Shown piece after piece: positions 1 through 13,100 of a stretch of DNA of 64,000 bases. Both the position numbers and the translations under genes were made by a program. How positions within the stretch are numbered: position 1 is the first letter of the stretch; each line of letters opens with the position of its first letter. The stretch lies in the NCBI GenBank assembly GCA_963816145.1, contig CAWFJP010000001.1:128001-192000 (forward strand), read 5' to 3'. Under the pieces are notes generated by a model. The model made no database searches. It was not told where the DNA came from and saw nothing but the letters and a program-made list of their open reading frames with translations. Source of the stretch: an uncultured delta proteobacterium (lineage in GTDB: Bacteria > Desulfobacterota > Binatia > UBA9968).

Positions 1-7
1 GAGTGTC

Positions 8-1528
8 TTGGATCGCGCGTTCGCTGGCGTGAGCCAGGCGCGGGAAGCCTTTGCGCCGCAACTCGCGCCACGGGAAGTGGGCACAATCACCAGCATAGCC
101 ACTGGCATCGCCAAAGTCTCAGGCCTCCCCGGCGTGGGCTTTGAGGAGGTGCTGAAGTTTGCCGGCGAATTGTATGGCATCGCATTCAACGTCGATGAAG
201 ACGACATCGGCGTCGTTCTGCTGGGTGACTACTGGCAGTTGCACGCGGGCGATGAAGTCGAACGCAGGGGGCACGTGATAGACGTGCCGGTAGGAGACGG
301 ATTGATCGGACGCATTGTCAATCCATTGGGCCGGCCGCTGGATGGCAATGGTCCAGTGGTTTCCAGCGCGCGCCTGCCCATCGAACGCACGGCACCGCAC
401 ATCATGGATCGCGCGCCCGTCACCGTACCGTTGCAAACTGGCATCAAGGCCATCGATGCGCTTATTCCCGTCGGGCGCGGCCAGCGCGAGTTGATTCTTG
501 GTGACCGCCAGATCGGCAAGACCACCATTGCGATCGACACGATCCTCAACCAGCGCGACCACGACGTGCTGTGCGTTTATTGCGCCATCGGTCAACGCGC
601 GTCGGCTGTCGCCAAGGCTGTGGCCACTTTGCGGGAAAAGGGCGCGATGGATTACACCGTCGTCGTCGTGACCGAAGGCAACGACCCTCCAGGCCTCGCT
701 TATATTGCGCCTTACGCCGCGACCAGCGTCGCGGAATATTTCATGGAAGCGGGCCGTGATGTGCTGATCGTTTACGACGATCTCACCCATCATGCGCGCG
801 CCTACCGCGAACTCTCCCTCTTGCTGCGCCGCCCGCCCGGTCGTGAAGCGTTTCCCGGCGATATCTTTTATATTCACTCGCGCCTGCTGGAACGGGCGAC
901 GCATCTGTCCAAGGAACGCGGCGGTGGTTCGCTCACCGCCCTGCCCATCATCGAAACCGAAGCGCAGAACATTTCCGCCTACATTCCGACCAACTTGATT
1001 TCCATCACGGATGGGCAGATCTACCTATCGCCGTCGCTGTTCGAATTGGGCGTGCTGCCTGCGGTCGATGTCGGCAAATCCGTTTCGCGCGTCGGCGGCA
1101 AGGCGCAACGGGCGGCCTACCGCGCGGTGGCGGGCGACCTCAAGCTCGCCTACGCACAGTTCGAGGAACTCGAAACCTTCGCCCGATTCGGTGCCCGACT
1201 GGATGAAGAGACCCGTAAAATTATCGAGCACGGGCGGCGGCTCCGCGCCTGCCTCAAACAGTCGGAATCCCAACCGATGTCTATGCTGGAGCAGATCGCC
1301 GTCCTCTTGGCTTTGACGGCGGAACTCTTCGACCGCGTGCCGCTTGACCAGATGACCGACGCCGAGCACGCCCTATGCGAGGCGGCGGCGGAGATCCCGG
1401 CGGAGGTGCGCGAGCGACTCAATAGCGCCGCTACATTGAGCGACGAAGATCGTGAAACGATAATCCAAATCGGTCGCAAATCACTCGCGCGATTTCAGCC
1501 CAAGCCCGAACTTACGGACAAATCATGA
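8..1528 (+). CDS. atpA: F1 ATPase alpha subunit, alternate/N-ATPase type (probably begins before the window)
   Basis: Motifs [56 protein letters not shown]. Followed by gamma with no beta downstream, which is the N-ATPase gene order. Confidence 0.95.
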   Translation: MDRAFAGVSQAREAFAPQLAPREVGTITSIATGIAKVSGLPGVGFEEVLKFAGELYGIAFNVDEDDIGVVLLGDYWQLHAGDEVERRGHVIDVPVGDGLIGRIVNPLGRPLDGNGPVVSSARLPIERTAPHIMDRAPVTVPLQTGIKAIDALIPVGRGQRELILGDRQIGKTTIAIDTILNQRDHDVLCVYCAIGQRASAVAKAVATLREKGAMDYTVVVVTEGNDPPGLAYIAPYAATSVAEYFMEAGRDVLIVYDDLTHHARAYRELSLLLRRPPGREAFPGDIFYIHSRLLERATHLSKERGGGSLTALPIIETEAQNISAYIPTNLISITDGQIYLSPSLFELGVLPAVDVGKSVSRVGGKAQRAAYRAVAGDLKLAYAQFEELETFARFGARLDEETRKIIEHGRRLRACLKQSESQPMSMLEQIAVLLALTAELFDRVPLDQMTDAEHALCEAAAEIPAEVRERLNSAATLSDEDRETIIQIGRKSLARFQPKPELTDKS

Positions 1529-2457
1529 GCGACACTACGGCGAGCCTGCGACGAAAGATTAACACTGCCGGAGATCTCCAATCCGTTGTTCGCTCGATGA
1601 AGGCCTTGGCCGCATCGAGTATCGGACAATACGAGAAATCGGTGCGCGCCTTGGCCGACTACTATCGCACCGTGGAGCTGGGATTGGGCGTCTGTTTGCG
1701 GGAAAGCGCGCCGACAGCTTTAGCGGCAGTACCAAGAGGACAAACCGTTGCCGGTGCGATGGGCGCGGTCGTGTTCGGTTCGGACCAGGGACTGGTGGGC
1801 CAATTTAATGATGTGGTGGCCGATTATGCGGTCAAGACGCTGGCGGCGCTACCGGGCAAAGCCCAGGTCTGGGCAGTCGGCGAGCGCGTTCATGCACGCC
1901 TGGCGGACGCAGGCCTGCCGCTGATGGGACTCTTCACCGTGCCCAACTCCGTCAAGGCCATTACTCCGCTCATCGGACAGATTCTCGTGGAAAGCGAGAC
2001 GCGCCACAGTGCGGGTGAAGTCACCGAACTGCACCTCTTCTACAACCGCCCTAAGTCTGGGGCGATTTATACGCCCGTCAGTCAGCGACTGCTGCCGCTG
2101 GACGAACACTGGCGGCGCCAGCTGGTCGAACTTCCCTGGCCGACAGGGAACTTGCCTGAGGTCATGGGCAGTGGCGCCGCGACCTTGCAAGCGCTTATCC
2201 GCGAATATCTTTTTGTCTCGCTCTTCCGCGCATGCGCCGAATCCCTGGCGAGCGAAAATGCCAGCCGCCTGGCGGCAATGCAGCGTGCCGATAAAAACAT
2301 CGATGAACTCCTGGAGGAGCTCAACTCAACATTCCAACGCTTGCGCCAAAGCAGCATCGACGAGGAACTGTTCGACGTGATCTCCGGCTTCGAGGCGCTG
2401 TCCAAAGGACAAACCGCATCGGAGCGCGATGCGAGTAGAAGGCGCGTCGAACCATAA
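1525..2457 (+). CDS. atpG: F1 ATPase gamma subunit, alternate/N-ATPase type
   Basis: [50 protein letters not shown]; ATGA overlap with atpA. Confidence 0.95.
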   Translation: MSDTTASLRRKINTAGDLQSVVRSMKALAASSIGQYEKSVRALADYYRTVELGLGVCLRESAPTALAAVPRGQTVAGAMGAVVFGSDQGLVGQFNDVVADYAVKTLAALPGKAQVWAVGERVHARLADAGLPLMGLFTVPNSVKAITPLIGQILVESETRHSAGEVTELHLFYNRPKSGAIYTPVSQRLLPLDEHWRRQLVELPWPTGNLPEVMGSGAATLQALIREYLFVSLFRACAESLASENASRLAAMQRADKNIDELLEELNSTFQRLRQSSIDEELFDVISGFEALSKGQTASERDASRRRVEP

Positions 2458-2470
2458 AAGGAGTCTGAAG

Positions 2471-3340
2471 ATGAAAATCAATTTAAAGGATTTCAGGGTG
2501 CAGGCAGGCGAAAAGGTCAACCTCAAGAAGTGGCCGACCCTTGTGAAGCCCGTTTACCGTTCGAAAAAGCAGTATGAAGAGCTTCTTGGGGAACGGGTGA
2601 AGGAGCTGAGTTCGCTGCAACAACTTCACTACGCGTCCAATCGCTACGCGGTGCTGCTGATTTTTCAAGCCATGGACGCTGCCGGTAAGGATGGCGCCAT
2701 CAAGCACGTGATGTCCGGTGTCAATCCCCAAGGTTGCCAGGTCTTCAGTTTTAAACATCCGAGCGCTACGGAATTGGAGCACGATTTTCTCTGGCGCACC
2801 TCCCAGTGTTTGCCGGAACGCGGCCGCATCGGCATCTTTAATCGGTCCTATTACGAGGAAGTGCTGATCGTTCGGGTGCATCCGGAGATCCTGCGCAGCC
2901 AGGGGCTGCCCGGCGAGTTGCGTGACGAGAAAACTATCTGGCAGAAACGCTATCGGTCCATCGTCAACCTAGAAAACCATCTCTACCGTAACGGAACGCG
3001 AATCATCAAGTTTTTCCTCCACCTTTCGAAGCAAGAACAGCGGAAGCGCTTCCTCCAACGCATTGATGAGCCGGATAAGAACTGGAAATTCGGTCTTGCC
3101 GACATTGAAGAGAGAAAGTTCTGGAAGCATTACATGAACGCGTATGAGGCGTGCCTGAGTGCAACCAGCACAAAGGATGCACCCTGGCATGTCGTTCCTG
3201 CTGACGATAAAGAGAACGCTCGGCTAATCATTTCCGAGATCATCCTCGAGGTGTTCAATGGTCTGAAAATGGCTTATCCCAAACCCAGCGCGAAACGGCG
3301 GAGGGAACTGCATTTGATACGCAAGAGCCTTGTGAAGTGA
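2471..3340 (+). CDS. ppk2: Polyphosphate kinase 2 family protein (polyP:nucleotide phosphotransferase)
   Basis: [10 protein letters not shown] Walker [28 protein letters not shown]; AAGGAG RBS before ATG 2471. Confidence 0.93.
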   Translation: MKINLKDFRVQAGEKVNLKKWPTLVKPVYRSKKQYEELLGERVKELSSLQQLHYASNRYAVLLIFQAMDAAGKDGAIKHVMSGVNPQGCQVFSFKHPSATELEHDFLWRTSQCLPERGRIGIFNRSYYEEVLIVRVHPEILRSQGLPGELRDEKTIWQKRYRSIVNLENHLYRNGTRIIKFFLHLSKQEQRKRFLQRIDEPDKNWKFGLADIEERKFWKHYMNAYEACLSATSTKDAPWHVVPADDKENARLIISEIILEVFNGLKMAYPKPSAKRRRELHLIRKSLVK

Positions 3341-3499
3341 AGACTTACAGTAACGAAAACGGCCTGGCGAGCAAAGTACCGGTATGCGCCGCCTTGGTGG
3401 GGTATCAACCAACCGCCACCTAACTTCGGGAGCATCGCTGCGCACGAGATGCTCCCGCAAGTGCAAACGACCGCAGGCTTTTTACAAAAAGGTGAAACT

Positions 3500-4975
3500 A
3501 TGACGGAACGAACTGATCGACAACAACGCTCCATCTTGCAGCGCATCGCCTACCGAGCGATGCTGGCAAGAGGACTGCTTCCCGACTTCTCACCCGCCGC
3601 ACTCGCCGAGCTCGACGCCATCCACGGGCCCGCAACCCTGGCTCAAGAATCGCCGCATGATCTGCGCAACCTTAACTGGTGTTCCATCGACAACGATGAC
3701 TCGCGGGATTTGGATCAGCTGACCTTTGCCGAAGCGCTGCCCGGAGGGGCCGCCAAGATCCTCGTCGCCATCGCCGATGTTGATGCGCTCGTGAAGAATC
3801 CGTCGGCGCTTGACGATCACGCCCGGCACAATACGACTTCGGTCTACACCGCCGCCAAGGTCTTTCCGATGCTGCCCGAGAAACTGTCGAGCGATTTTAC
3901 CTCTCTCAACTATGAATCAGACCGTCTTGCCATTGTCATCGAAATGCTACTCGCCGCGGACGGATCGCTTCAGAGTTCGGACATCTATCGTGCCACGGTG
4001 CGTAATCATGCCAAGCTCGCCTACAATAGCGTGGCTGCCTGGCTGGAAGTTAACGGGCCGATGCCGCAAGTGATTGGCCAGGTCGACGGTCTTGAGGAAA
4101 ACCTCCGGCTGCAAGACCGCGTGGCGCAAAAGCTGAAGGCGCTCCGGCATGAGCATGGCGCCTTGAATCTCGAAACCATCGAGGCGCGCCCGGTGTTTGA
4201 CGGTGATGAACTCAAGGACTTAGAGGCGGAGAGAAAGAGCCGGGCCAAAGAAATTATTGAAGACTTCATGATCGCGGCGAACGGCGTCACCGCGCGATAC
4301 CTCGCGGGCAAAATGTTTCCATCACTGCGGCGGGTTGTTCGCACGCCCAAACGCTGGGACCGGATCGTCGAGCTGGCCGCGGATCACGGCTTCAAGTTAT
4401 CCCGCGAGCCGGACTCAAGATCCCTGGAGCAATTTTTGGTTTCGGCGAATGCCGCAGATCCCCTGCGCTTCCCCGATCTTTCCCTTAGCGTCATCAAGCT
4501 CTTGGGCGCCGGTGAATATGTCGTCGAACTTCCGGGAGGCGCCACTGCCGGACACTTCGGTCTCGCGGTCAGAGATTATACTCACTCCACCGCGCCGAAT
4601 CGCCGATTCCCCGATCTGATCACCCAGCGCTTGCTGAAAGCTGCGCTGGCCGGCCACTCATTGCCCTATGGCAACGATGAATTGGCGGCGCTAGCAAGGT
4701 ATTGCACCGACGAGGAAGACGCGGCAAAAAAAGTTGAACGCCAGGTGGAGAAATCTGCGGCGGCAATGCTGCTCGAATCAAGGATCGGCGAGCGCTTCGA
4801 TGGCATCGTTACCGGCGCTTCCGACAAAGGCACCTGGGTTCGCCTCCTGCATCCGCCCATCGAAGGAAAGCTGGTGAGCGGTTCCGAAGGCGTGGACGTC
4901 GGCCACAGGCTCCGGGTGCAACTGATCCGCACGGATATTGAGCGCGGCTATATCGACTTTAAACGGGTAGGCTAA
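3500..4975 (+). CDS. RNB-domain exoribonuclease (RNase II/R family)
   Basis: SIDNDDSRDLDQ catalytic motif, IEDFMIAAN, YTHSTAPNRRFPDLITQR, C-terminal S1-like region. Confidence 0.9.
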   Translation: MTERTDRQQRSILQRIAYRAMLARGLLPDFSPAALAELDAIHGPATLAQESPHDLRNLNWCSIDNDDSRDLDQLTFAEALPGGAAKILVAIADVDALVKNPSALDDHARHNTTSVYTAAKVFPMLPEKLSSDFTSLNYESDRLAIVIEMLLAADGSLQSSDIYRATVRNHAKLAYNSVAAWLEVNGPMPQVIGQVDGLEENLRLQDRVAQKLKALRHEHGALNLETIEARPVFDGDELKDLEAERKSRAKEIIEDFMIAANGVTARYLAGKMFPSLRRVVRTPKRWDRIVELAADHGFKLSREPDSRSLEQFLVSANAADPLRFPDLSLSVIKLLGAGEYVVELPGGATAGHFGLAVRDYTHSTAPNRRFPDLITQRLLKAALAGHSLPYGNDELAALARYCTDEEDAAKKVERQVEKSAAAMLLESRIGERFDGIVTGASDKGTWVRLLHPPIEGKLVSGSEGVDVGHRLRVQLIRTDIERGYIDFKRVG

Positions 4976-5713
4976 GAAGCAGTCTTGCATGCGCCGTCAG
5001 GCAAATCTACGCCGCTAAGTTATCGGCGAATTCTAAACTGAGGATTGCAATCGATATGCAACAGTATCCGATCCCTGCCCACGCCAGCGGTGCCAGAGCT
5101 AACTCGGAGGGTGAGTCGCCAACAGTCTTGCGCACTAACGTGCGCAGTCTCTCACCCGCGCAACCCTGTTGCGCCAAAATGAACGGGATATGGCGATCCG
5201 CCTTGCCCTGGCGTTAGTGATGGCGTGGGTAATTTCGTGGGAGCTGGACCTTGGAGCGGCTGCTATGAATCTCCGAGGTCTCAGGCGTGATGCTCAAGCA
5301 ATATCTTGGGTTCTGCGGCAGGTTCGTCGCCCGCGACCCGACCCATTGCGTAAGGACTCGCTGGCTGCGGTTTTCCTTTGCACGATTAAGAACCAAGCCA
5401 TCGGCCATTTTCACATCTGCGAAACCACCGATCTTTTCGACGCAGAGTACCGCAAATATCGGCTCCCTTTGGGGCATGGAACTTGCGCAACGTTTCAGCT
5501 AAGAGATTTCGCTCACGGAACAGATCAGAAATATGCCGCCCTCTCACGGGTGGAGAAAGCGCCAAAGAGGGGTGGTACGAACGCGCCGAGATATTGCTGA
5601 ACTAACCAGCCCGTCAAAAAAGGACACCGGCTCATTCGCCGTTTGAAGTGGACTACGGGTGGGTCGGTGTGTCATACAAATTGGCAGAGCGGTAAAAACA
5701 AAAGGAGAAAATT

Positions 5714-6253
5714 ATGCATCCTATGTTCATCGTCGCCATCCCCTTGGTTCTGGTGATCGTCGGCATGGTCTTGAACAGCATCGGGCTGGGCTTCAATCAA
5801 CCGCCAAGTTCATCGGAGCAAGATCCGGCAAAGAAGGCGGCTGCGGAAAGGGAAGACTACCGCCGTTTCTTTGATTTACAGAGACGCCAAGCTGTGAAAA
5901 GGCAGACAAGGGTCGGCCAATATGCATGGTTGCTGATGATCGCGATTATCGGTTCCTTTATCTGGCTGTATATGTACACCGTGAGGAACACCAGCGTCGC
6001 GACTCGAGTTGCCACCCTGCAAACCTTGGCCACCGAAGACGCGAAAGACATGGTTCTTTCGATCACTCTAAAGGACGGCAGCAATGTCAAATATCTGATC
6101 AAATCACCCCAAGCCGACGCGTTGGCAGCCGCCAGAAAAGAAGGCATTTCAAATGAGAAAGTCTCCTCCTACGAGATTTCCCAATTGGGCACGGCTTTGA
6201 ATATCGGCGAAAGCCCGTTGCCGCTGGGCCTCGCGGTGAAGATTGCCGATTGA
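5714..6253 (+). CDS. Hypothetical membrane protein with two TM helices
   Basis: AAGGAG RBS; hydrophobic segments near aa 4-26 and 70-90 separated by a basic loop; no family recognised. Confidence 0.75.
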   Translation: MHPMFIVAIPLVLVIVGMVLNSIGLGFNQPPSSSEQDPAKKAAAEREDYRRFFDLQRRQAVKRQTRVGQYAWLLMIAIIGSFIWLYMYTVRNTSVATRVATLQTLATEDAKDMVLSITLKDGSNVKYLIKSPQADALAAARKEGISNEKVSSYEISQLGTALNIGESPLPLGLAVKIAD

Positions 6254-6389
6254 CCGGCGACAAACCCCGCTGTCATTAAATGCCTGTGGGGAAATGGCTC
6301 TGCTGTGTCGCGCGACGTGCCCGGGGCAATCATCGCGTAACCTGCCTTAAGATTTTTTACGGAGTCCATCGACAAAAAGGACAAGACCC

Positions 6390-6782
6390 ATGGCTAAGAA
6401 TAAGGTGTTCATCGGCTACGATTATGATTGTGACAAGGCCGCCAAGGATCGGCTGCTCGGGTGGGATGTCAATCAAGAATTCGATTTCTCTTCTTACGAC
6501 CGGTCCTTCGACGTCGCGGTCGACAGTGAGCAGGCGGCCGTCTTCAAACAGGACCTCGCCGCGCGCATCGGCGACTCCAGTCACTTTCTCTGCATCGTCG
6601 GCAAAGAGACCTACCACAGCGCCTGGATGGCTTGGGAAATCCGCAAGGCGATTGAACTCAAGAAGAAGCTCGTCGCCGCTAAGACCGATTCGACTAACAA
6701 CTCGCCGACGGTCGTGCAGGGGGTGGGGGCATCATGGAGCACGATATTCAACTTCGACTCCATCAAGAAGGCGATGAATTGA
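6390..6782 (+). CDS. TIR-like domain protein (DUF1863/MTH538, Thoeris ThsB-like)
   Basis: N-terminal KVFIGYDYD, LCIVGKETYHSAWMAWEI retaining the conserved Glu, 130 aa single domain. Confidence 0.8.
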   Translation: MAKNKVFIGYDYDCDKAAKDRLLGWDVNQEFDFSSYDRSFDVAVDSEQAAVFKQDLAARIGDSSHFLCIVGKETYHSAWMAWEIRKAIELKKKLVAAKTDSTNNSPTVVQGVGASWSTIFNFDSIKKAMN

Positions 6783-6904
6783 CGGGAACTCGTCGAGACC
6801 ATAACGCTGAGCCGAGCAGGCATGGCGTAAGGAACCTGGCCGCATGATTTTTCCGCTCACGGCTGGTTGCGTGAGACTGCTACGTGCGTGCGCTTTTCCG
6901 CATA

Positions 6905-7036
6905 GAGGCTGTGTCGCAACTGTCATTTCGAGGTGAAGCCGAGAAATCTCTTCTTCGCATGTGGCTGAAAATACGAGATCCCTCGCTGCGCTCGGGATGA
7001 CAGATGTGGGGCATTTGCGCATTACGACACAGCCTC
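6905..7036. mobile_element. MITE-A copy 1 (132 bp) with GAGGCTGTGTCG ends enclosing a REP-like doublet
   Basis: Ends GAGGCTGTGTCGCAA / TTACGACACAGCCTC; internal TGTCATTTCGAG..CGAGAAATCT and AGATCCCTCG..CTCGGGATGACA; near-identical inverted copy at 26772-26903. Confidence 0.85.
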
Positions 7037-7109
7037 TTACGCGCGCCGGCCTGCCAGTAGTGCTTGTGCAGCATTAGCCGGTTGTGAGCATTCCCCTTGA
7101 CCGGGGAAC

Positions 7110-10100
7110 TTGATGGCGTCGGTATGCGCCCTGCGCCCGCATCACCCTGAGATATGGGGATTGAAATTGCTATTTTCGCCGAACCTGTTACGCAAAAAAG
7201 CTTCAGCGGCCTTTGCCCTTTCGGCGCTCGAAGAACCGATTCGCGCTGAACTCTTTAGCGTCGAGCGACTTGAGCAGCACGGTGAAAGCCTTGCCGCCGC
7301 CCAGCGCGTCACGACCACACCGCGCAAAGGTCGCCTGCTGCTGCCGCGCGTGCTGGACAACGGGCGGGTGCTGCTCGCATCGTATCGTGCCATCGCCCAG
7401 GCAATCCGCGAGGAGCTCGCCATCACACCCGCGGCGGAGTGGCTGGTCGACAATTATCACATCGTCGACGAACAGCTGCGCGAGATCCGTGATGACCTGC
7501 CGCCCGGCTTTTACCGAGAACTGCCTAAGCTCGCCGAGGGTCCACTCAAGGGTTATCCGCGCGTCTATGGGCTGGCCTGGGCGTTCGTCGCCCATACCGA
7601 CAGCCGGTTCGATCCCGAAATGCTGCTTCGGTTCGTGCGCGCTTACCAGCGCGTGCAGCCGTTGACGATCGGTGAGCTCTGGGCCGTCGCGATTACTCTG
7701 CGGGTGGTGCTCGTGGAGAATCTCCGCCGGTTGGCGGAGCGCGTCGTGCATGGACGGGCGGAGCGCCAGGAGGCCGACACGCTAGCGGACGAACTGCTCG
7801 GACTTGGCGGCCGCTCAGTTGAACCGGCGGCAACAGCCCTGCGGCGGTTCGAAGGCGCCCCGCTGGCGCCGTCCTTCGTGGTGCAGCTGGTCCAGCGATT
7901 ACGCGACCAAGACCCGGTGGTCATGCCGGCACTTCGCTGGATAGAGGAGCACCTAGCAGCACAGGGCACAACCGCTGATGAGATCGTCCGAGCCGGGCAT
8001 CAGCGGCAGGCGGCGATGCACGTGACCGTGCGCAACGTGATCACCAGCATGCGGCTGATTTCCGCCTTCGACTGGGCGGAATTCTTCGAGAGCGTGAGTC
8101 TGGTCGATGCGATCCTTTGGACCGACACGGGTTTTGCCGCTCCGGACTTCGCGACACGAGATCGTTACCGGCGGGCAATCGAAGAACTCTCGCGCTGCGC
8201 ACCGCAAGATGAGCGTGAAGTTGCTCGGCGGGCGGTTGCTCAAGCGCAACGCTCTCGCGAAAAAGCGCAAGCGGCCGGTGACCCAGATGCGGACCGCCGC
8301 GCCGACCCCGGCTATTACCTCATCGCCAACGGGCGTGCCGCCTTCGAACAGGAAGTCGGCTTTCGCATGCCGATCAAAACTCGGCTTCGCCGCGCTTATA
8401 TTTCTCAAGCGACGCCTCGCTACCTTGGCACCATCGCGACGGTCAGCGGTCTGATTCTCGCTTTGTTCCTGTTCAATTCCGGCGCAGCGGAAGTTGGCGC
8501 CTTAGGCTTGCTCTTACTGGGGCTTCTCGCTCTCGTGCCGGCCTCGGATCTGGCCACCGCTTTCGTCAATCGCGAGGTCACAGAGTTGCTCGGGCCGCGG
8601 GCGCTGCCCAGACTAGCGCTCCGTGACGGAGTGCCCGCGGAACTGCGCACCTTGATCGTCGTGCCAACGCTCCTGATCGGACAGGAGCAGATTGCCGAGC
8701 AGATCGAGCGACTGGAAGTGCACTATCTGGCAAATCCAGATGGCGATCTTCGTTTCGCGCTCCTTTCCGACTGGACAGACGCGCCTCAAGAATCCATGCC
8801 GGAAGACGACGAACTGCTGGCGGCAACGGTTGAGGGCATCGCGCGGCTGAACCAACGCCATGGGCCTGCCCTAGATGGGAGCCAGCGATTTTTTCTTTTC
8901 CACCGCCGGCGCGGCTGGAACGAGAGCGAGCGAAAGTGGATCGGCTGGGAGCGCAAACGAGGCAAGCTCCATGAACTCAATCGCTTGCTCCGCGGTGCCA
9001 CAGATACCAGCTTCGTGCCAACAGCCGGTCGGACACCGCTGGTTCCTTCCGGAGTCCGCTATGTCATCACACTGGATGCCGACACGCGGCTGCCAAGGGG
9101 GTCCGCCGCTCGATTGGTCGGCACCCTCGCACATCCCCTCAATCGGCCGAGGTTTGACCCGCATGTCGGTCGAGTCGTTGAGGGCTACGCCCTGCTTCAG
9201 CCGCGCGTGACGCCGACGCTACCGACCGATCGCGGCGGATCGCTTTTTCAACGCATCTTCTCGGGCCCGGGCGGCATTGACCCGTACGCATCTGCGGTCT
9301 CCGATGTTTACCAAGACCTTTTCGGTGAGGGCTCTTACGTCGGCAAAGGGATCTACGATGTCGATGCATTTGAGGCAGCCCTCGCCGGGCGAGTGCCGGA
9401 GAACATGATGTTGAGTCACGACCTCTTTGAAGGCATCTTCGCACGGGCAGGACTGGTCACCGATATCGAGTTCTTCGATGAGTTTCCGCCGCACTATGCG
9501 ACCGCCACGGCGCGCCAACACCGCTGGGCACGCGGTGACTGGCAGTTGTTGCCGTGGATCCTTGGGCGCGCACGAAACGCCAACGGCGATCGGATTCACG
9601 CGCCGATTCCCCCCATCAGCCGTTGGAAGATGCTCGACAATCTACGGCGCACGCTGTCGGCCCCGGCCGCCTTTTTGACCTTGGTTGGCGGCTGGACGCT
9701 ACCGTTCGCTTCGCCGCTGATCTGGACATCGTTCGTGCTCGCTACCATCGCCATCCCGCCACTTTTGCCGGTCTTGATCGGCTTGATCCCGCATCGCCGC
9801 GGGATCTCAAAACGTAGCCATTTGACTGGCGTCGGCAAGGACTTGGTCCTCGCCCTGTCACAGATCGGACTCACGCTGACATTGCTTGCGCACCAGGCAT
9901 GGTTGATGACCGACGCGATCCTCCGGACACTCTTTCGCGTCTACGTGACCCAGCGAAATTTGCTTGAGTGGGTGACTGCCGCGCAGGCGCAATCTGCTTT
10001 TTCTAGAACTCTCGGCAGCGTCTATCAGTGGATGGGTGGGGCCGTGGCGCTGGCCGCGGCAGCAGCCATCCTGGTCCCGTTCGGGCCGCCGGGCGCGTGG

Positions 10101-13100
10101 CTGGTGGCGACGCCTTTCTGTCTTCTCTGGGCCCTGTCGCCCTTGCTGGCACATTGGATCAGCCTGCCACCGCGCGCAGCCGGGGTTCAGCCACTTTCGC
10201 CAGATGAAACGCGCACGCTGCGCTTAACCGCGCGCCGAACCTGGCGCTTCTTCGAAACCTTTGTCAGCCCAGAAGACCACGCCATGCCCCCCGACAATTT
10301 CCAGGAAGAGCCAACGCCGGTGGTGGCCCACCGGACGTCGCCGACCAACCTCGGGCTGTATCTCCTCTCCGCCATCGCTGCGCACGATTTTGGCTGGCTC
10401 GGCGCGGTGGCCGCAATCGAGCGGCTCGAAGCGACACTCGGAACCATGAACCGCCTCGAGCGTTTCCGCGGTCACTTCTATAACTGGTATGACACGCGCG
10501 ACCTCCGGCCGCTCGATCCCAAATACATATCCTCGGTCGACAGTGGAAACCTCGCCGGTCATCTGGTCGCGCTCGGACAGGCGTGCCAGGACATCATCGA
10601 CCGCCCGCTGCTCGGTGCGCACGCCCTCTCCGGGATTGCCGACACCATCCTCCTCCTCCGCCAATCGGCACGCGCGATCGTCGACGACCGGCGCACCCAA
10701 ACGGTCACTCGGAAACACTTGGACGAAGCACTCGATGCCCTGACCACGGCCCTCAACCCGATCCCCGTCACACCAGGGGATTGGCTCGCGCGCCTTAGCG
10801 CGCTCGACGCCCGTGCTCATACGATAGCGGACATTGCGCGCGCGCTGACCGCGGAAAGAGGCGACCGCGCCGATGCCGAGTTGGTCGCCTGGGCGGACGC
10901 CGTGCGCGCGGGCATCGCGAGCTTCACGCGCGATCTTGACGTGGTATTCCCCTGGGCGCGGCTGGTCTTTGGCAATGATCCGTCAAATCGCGCGATGACC
11001 ACGGAACCAGAGTTGGGCTCGACGGTGATCGCGGGCTTTTTTCTCTCGCTCCCGACGCTGCGCGACACGCCCGAGCGCTGCGAGACCGCCATACACGAGC
11101 TCGCCACTCTGCGCGCGCGCCTGGCAGCCGACACCGCCACACGGGAAAGTGCCCTTACCCGAATCGATGCGATGACCGAGAGTCTGGCACGTTCCGCCAC
11201 AGCCTCGGCAGCGCTGGTCCGCCGCCTTTCGACGCTCGTGACGCAGACAAAAACGCTGTTCGACGCGATGGAGTTTGGCTTTCTCTTCGATCCGACGCGG
11301 AAGCTCTTCTCGATCGGCTACCGGGTTGCTGATAACAGCCTCGATCCGAGTTGTTACGATCTGTTGGCTTCCGAGGCGCGCCTCACCAGCTTTATTGCCA
11401 TTGCCAAGGGTGATGTCCCGTCAACCCATTGGTTCCACCTCGGTCGCGCTTTGACACCCGTCGATCTGGGATCCGCGCTGGTCTCTTGGTCCGGCTCCAT
11501 GTTCGAGTATCTCATGCCGGCGCTGGTGATGCGCTCGTCGTCGGGTAGTCTGTTGGGCCAGACCTACCATCTCATCGTCCGCCGTCAGAGAAAATATGGC
11601 GCCGAGCGTGGCGTGCCTTGGGGGGTGTCGGAATCGGCCTTCAACGCGCGCGATCTGGAGTTCACCTACCAGTACTCGAATTTTGGCGTACCGGGCCTCG
11701 GCCTCAAGCGCGGCCTTAGCGAAGACGTGGTGGTCGCGCCTTACGCGACAGCGCTGGCGGCGATGATCGACCCGAAAACAGCGGCAGCGAATTTCGTCCG
11801 TCTTACCGAGGTCGGCGCGAGCGGCCGCTATGGCTTTTACGAGGCGCTCGATTACACCGCCACGCGGGTTCCGGAAAACCAAGACGTGGCCGTCGTGCGC
11901 GCCTATATGGCACATCACCAGGGGATGTCGATCGTAGCGCTCGCGAATGTTGTTTACGAGGGCGTCATGCGCGCGCGCTTCCACGCCGAGCCGCGCATGA
12001 AAGCCACCGAGTTGTTGTTGCAGGAACGCACGCCGCGGGACGTCCTGGTCGCCCGGCCCAGGGTCGAGGAAGTTCGGGTGGTCGCCAACGTCCGCGATCT
12101 CATTCCGCCGGTCCTGCGTCGATTCACCTCGCCACATGACATGACTCCTGGCGTCCATCTTCTCTCCAATGGGCGATATGCGGTGATGGTCACCACCGCC
12201 GGCTCCGGATACAGCCATTGGCGCGACCTTGCGGTTACCCGATGGCGCGAGGACCGCACGCGCGATGCTTGGGGGAGCTACGTCTTTCTTCGTGACAACC
12301 ACAGCGGCCAGGTCTGGTCGGCCGCTTACCAACCAAGCGGCGTCGAACCGGACAGTTATGAAGTGGCATTTTCCGAGGATCAGATAGAGATACGGCGGCG
12401 CGATGGCGCAATTGCGACCACGTTTGAAGTCGTAGTTTCGCCCGAACACGACGCCGAGGTGCGCCGGGTATCGATGACCAATCTCGGGCTGCGAACCCGT
12501 GAGATCGATCTGACCTCCTACGCCGAAATCGTCCTGGCGCCGCCCGCAGCGGATGCCGCTCACCCGGCGTTTTCCAATCTGTTCGTGCAAACGGAATTTG
12601 CTGCCGAGCTCGGCGCCCTGCTCGCCACGCGGCGGCCTCGGTCAGCCGGCGAGTCCCAGGTCTGGGTGGCGCACGTGATCGTCGCCGAAGGGGAAACCGT
12701 CGGCGACCTGGAATATGAGACTGACCGCGCCCGGTTTCTCGGCCGCGGGCGCACCATCCGAACTCCGCTGTCGGTCATCGATGGCCGCCCGCTCTCCAAC
12801 ACCGTCGGCGCCGTGCTCGATCCAATCGTCAGCCTGCGGCGCCGTGTGCGACTAGCGCCGGGCGGCACCGCGCGGGTGACGTTCTCGACGCTCGTCGCGC
12901 CATCGCGCGATGAAGCGCTCGACCTGGCCGATGAGTACAACAATCCAACTACGTTTGAGCGTGCGGCGACGCTGGCTTGGACGCAGGCCCAGGTCCAGTT
13001 ACACCATCTCGGCATCGATCCCGATGAGGCCTACCTCTTCCAGGAGCTCGCCAGCCAGATTCTATATTCGGACCCGACGCTACGGCCTTCATCCGCGATC

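Noticed and set aside
5169-5600. 143-aa ORF between the RNB gene and the two-TM gene
   Set aside because: TTG start, no recognisable domain and competing short ORFs on both strands; cannot be supported.
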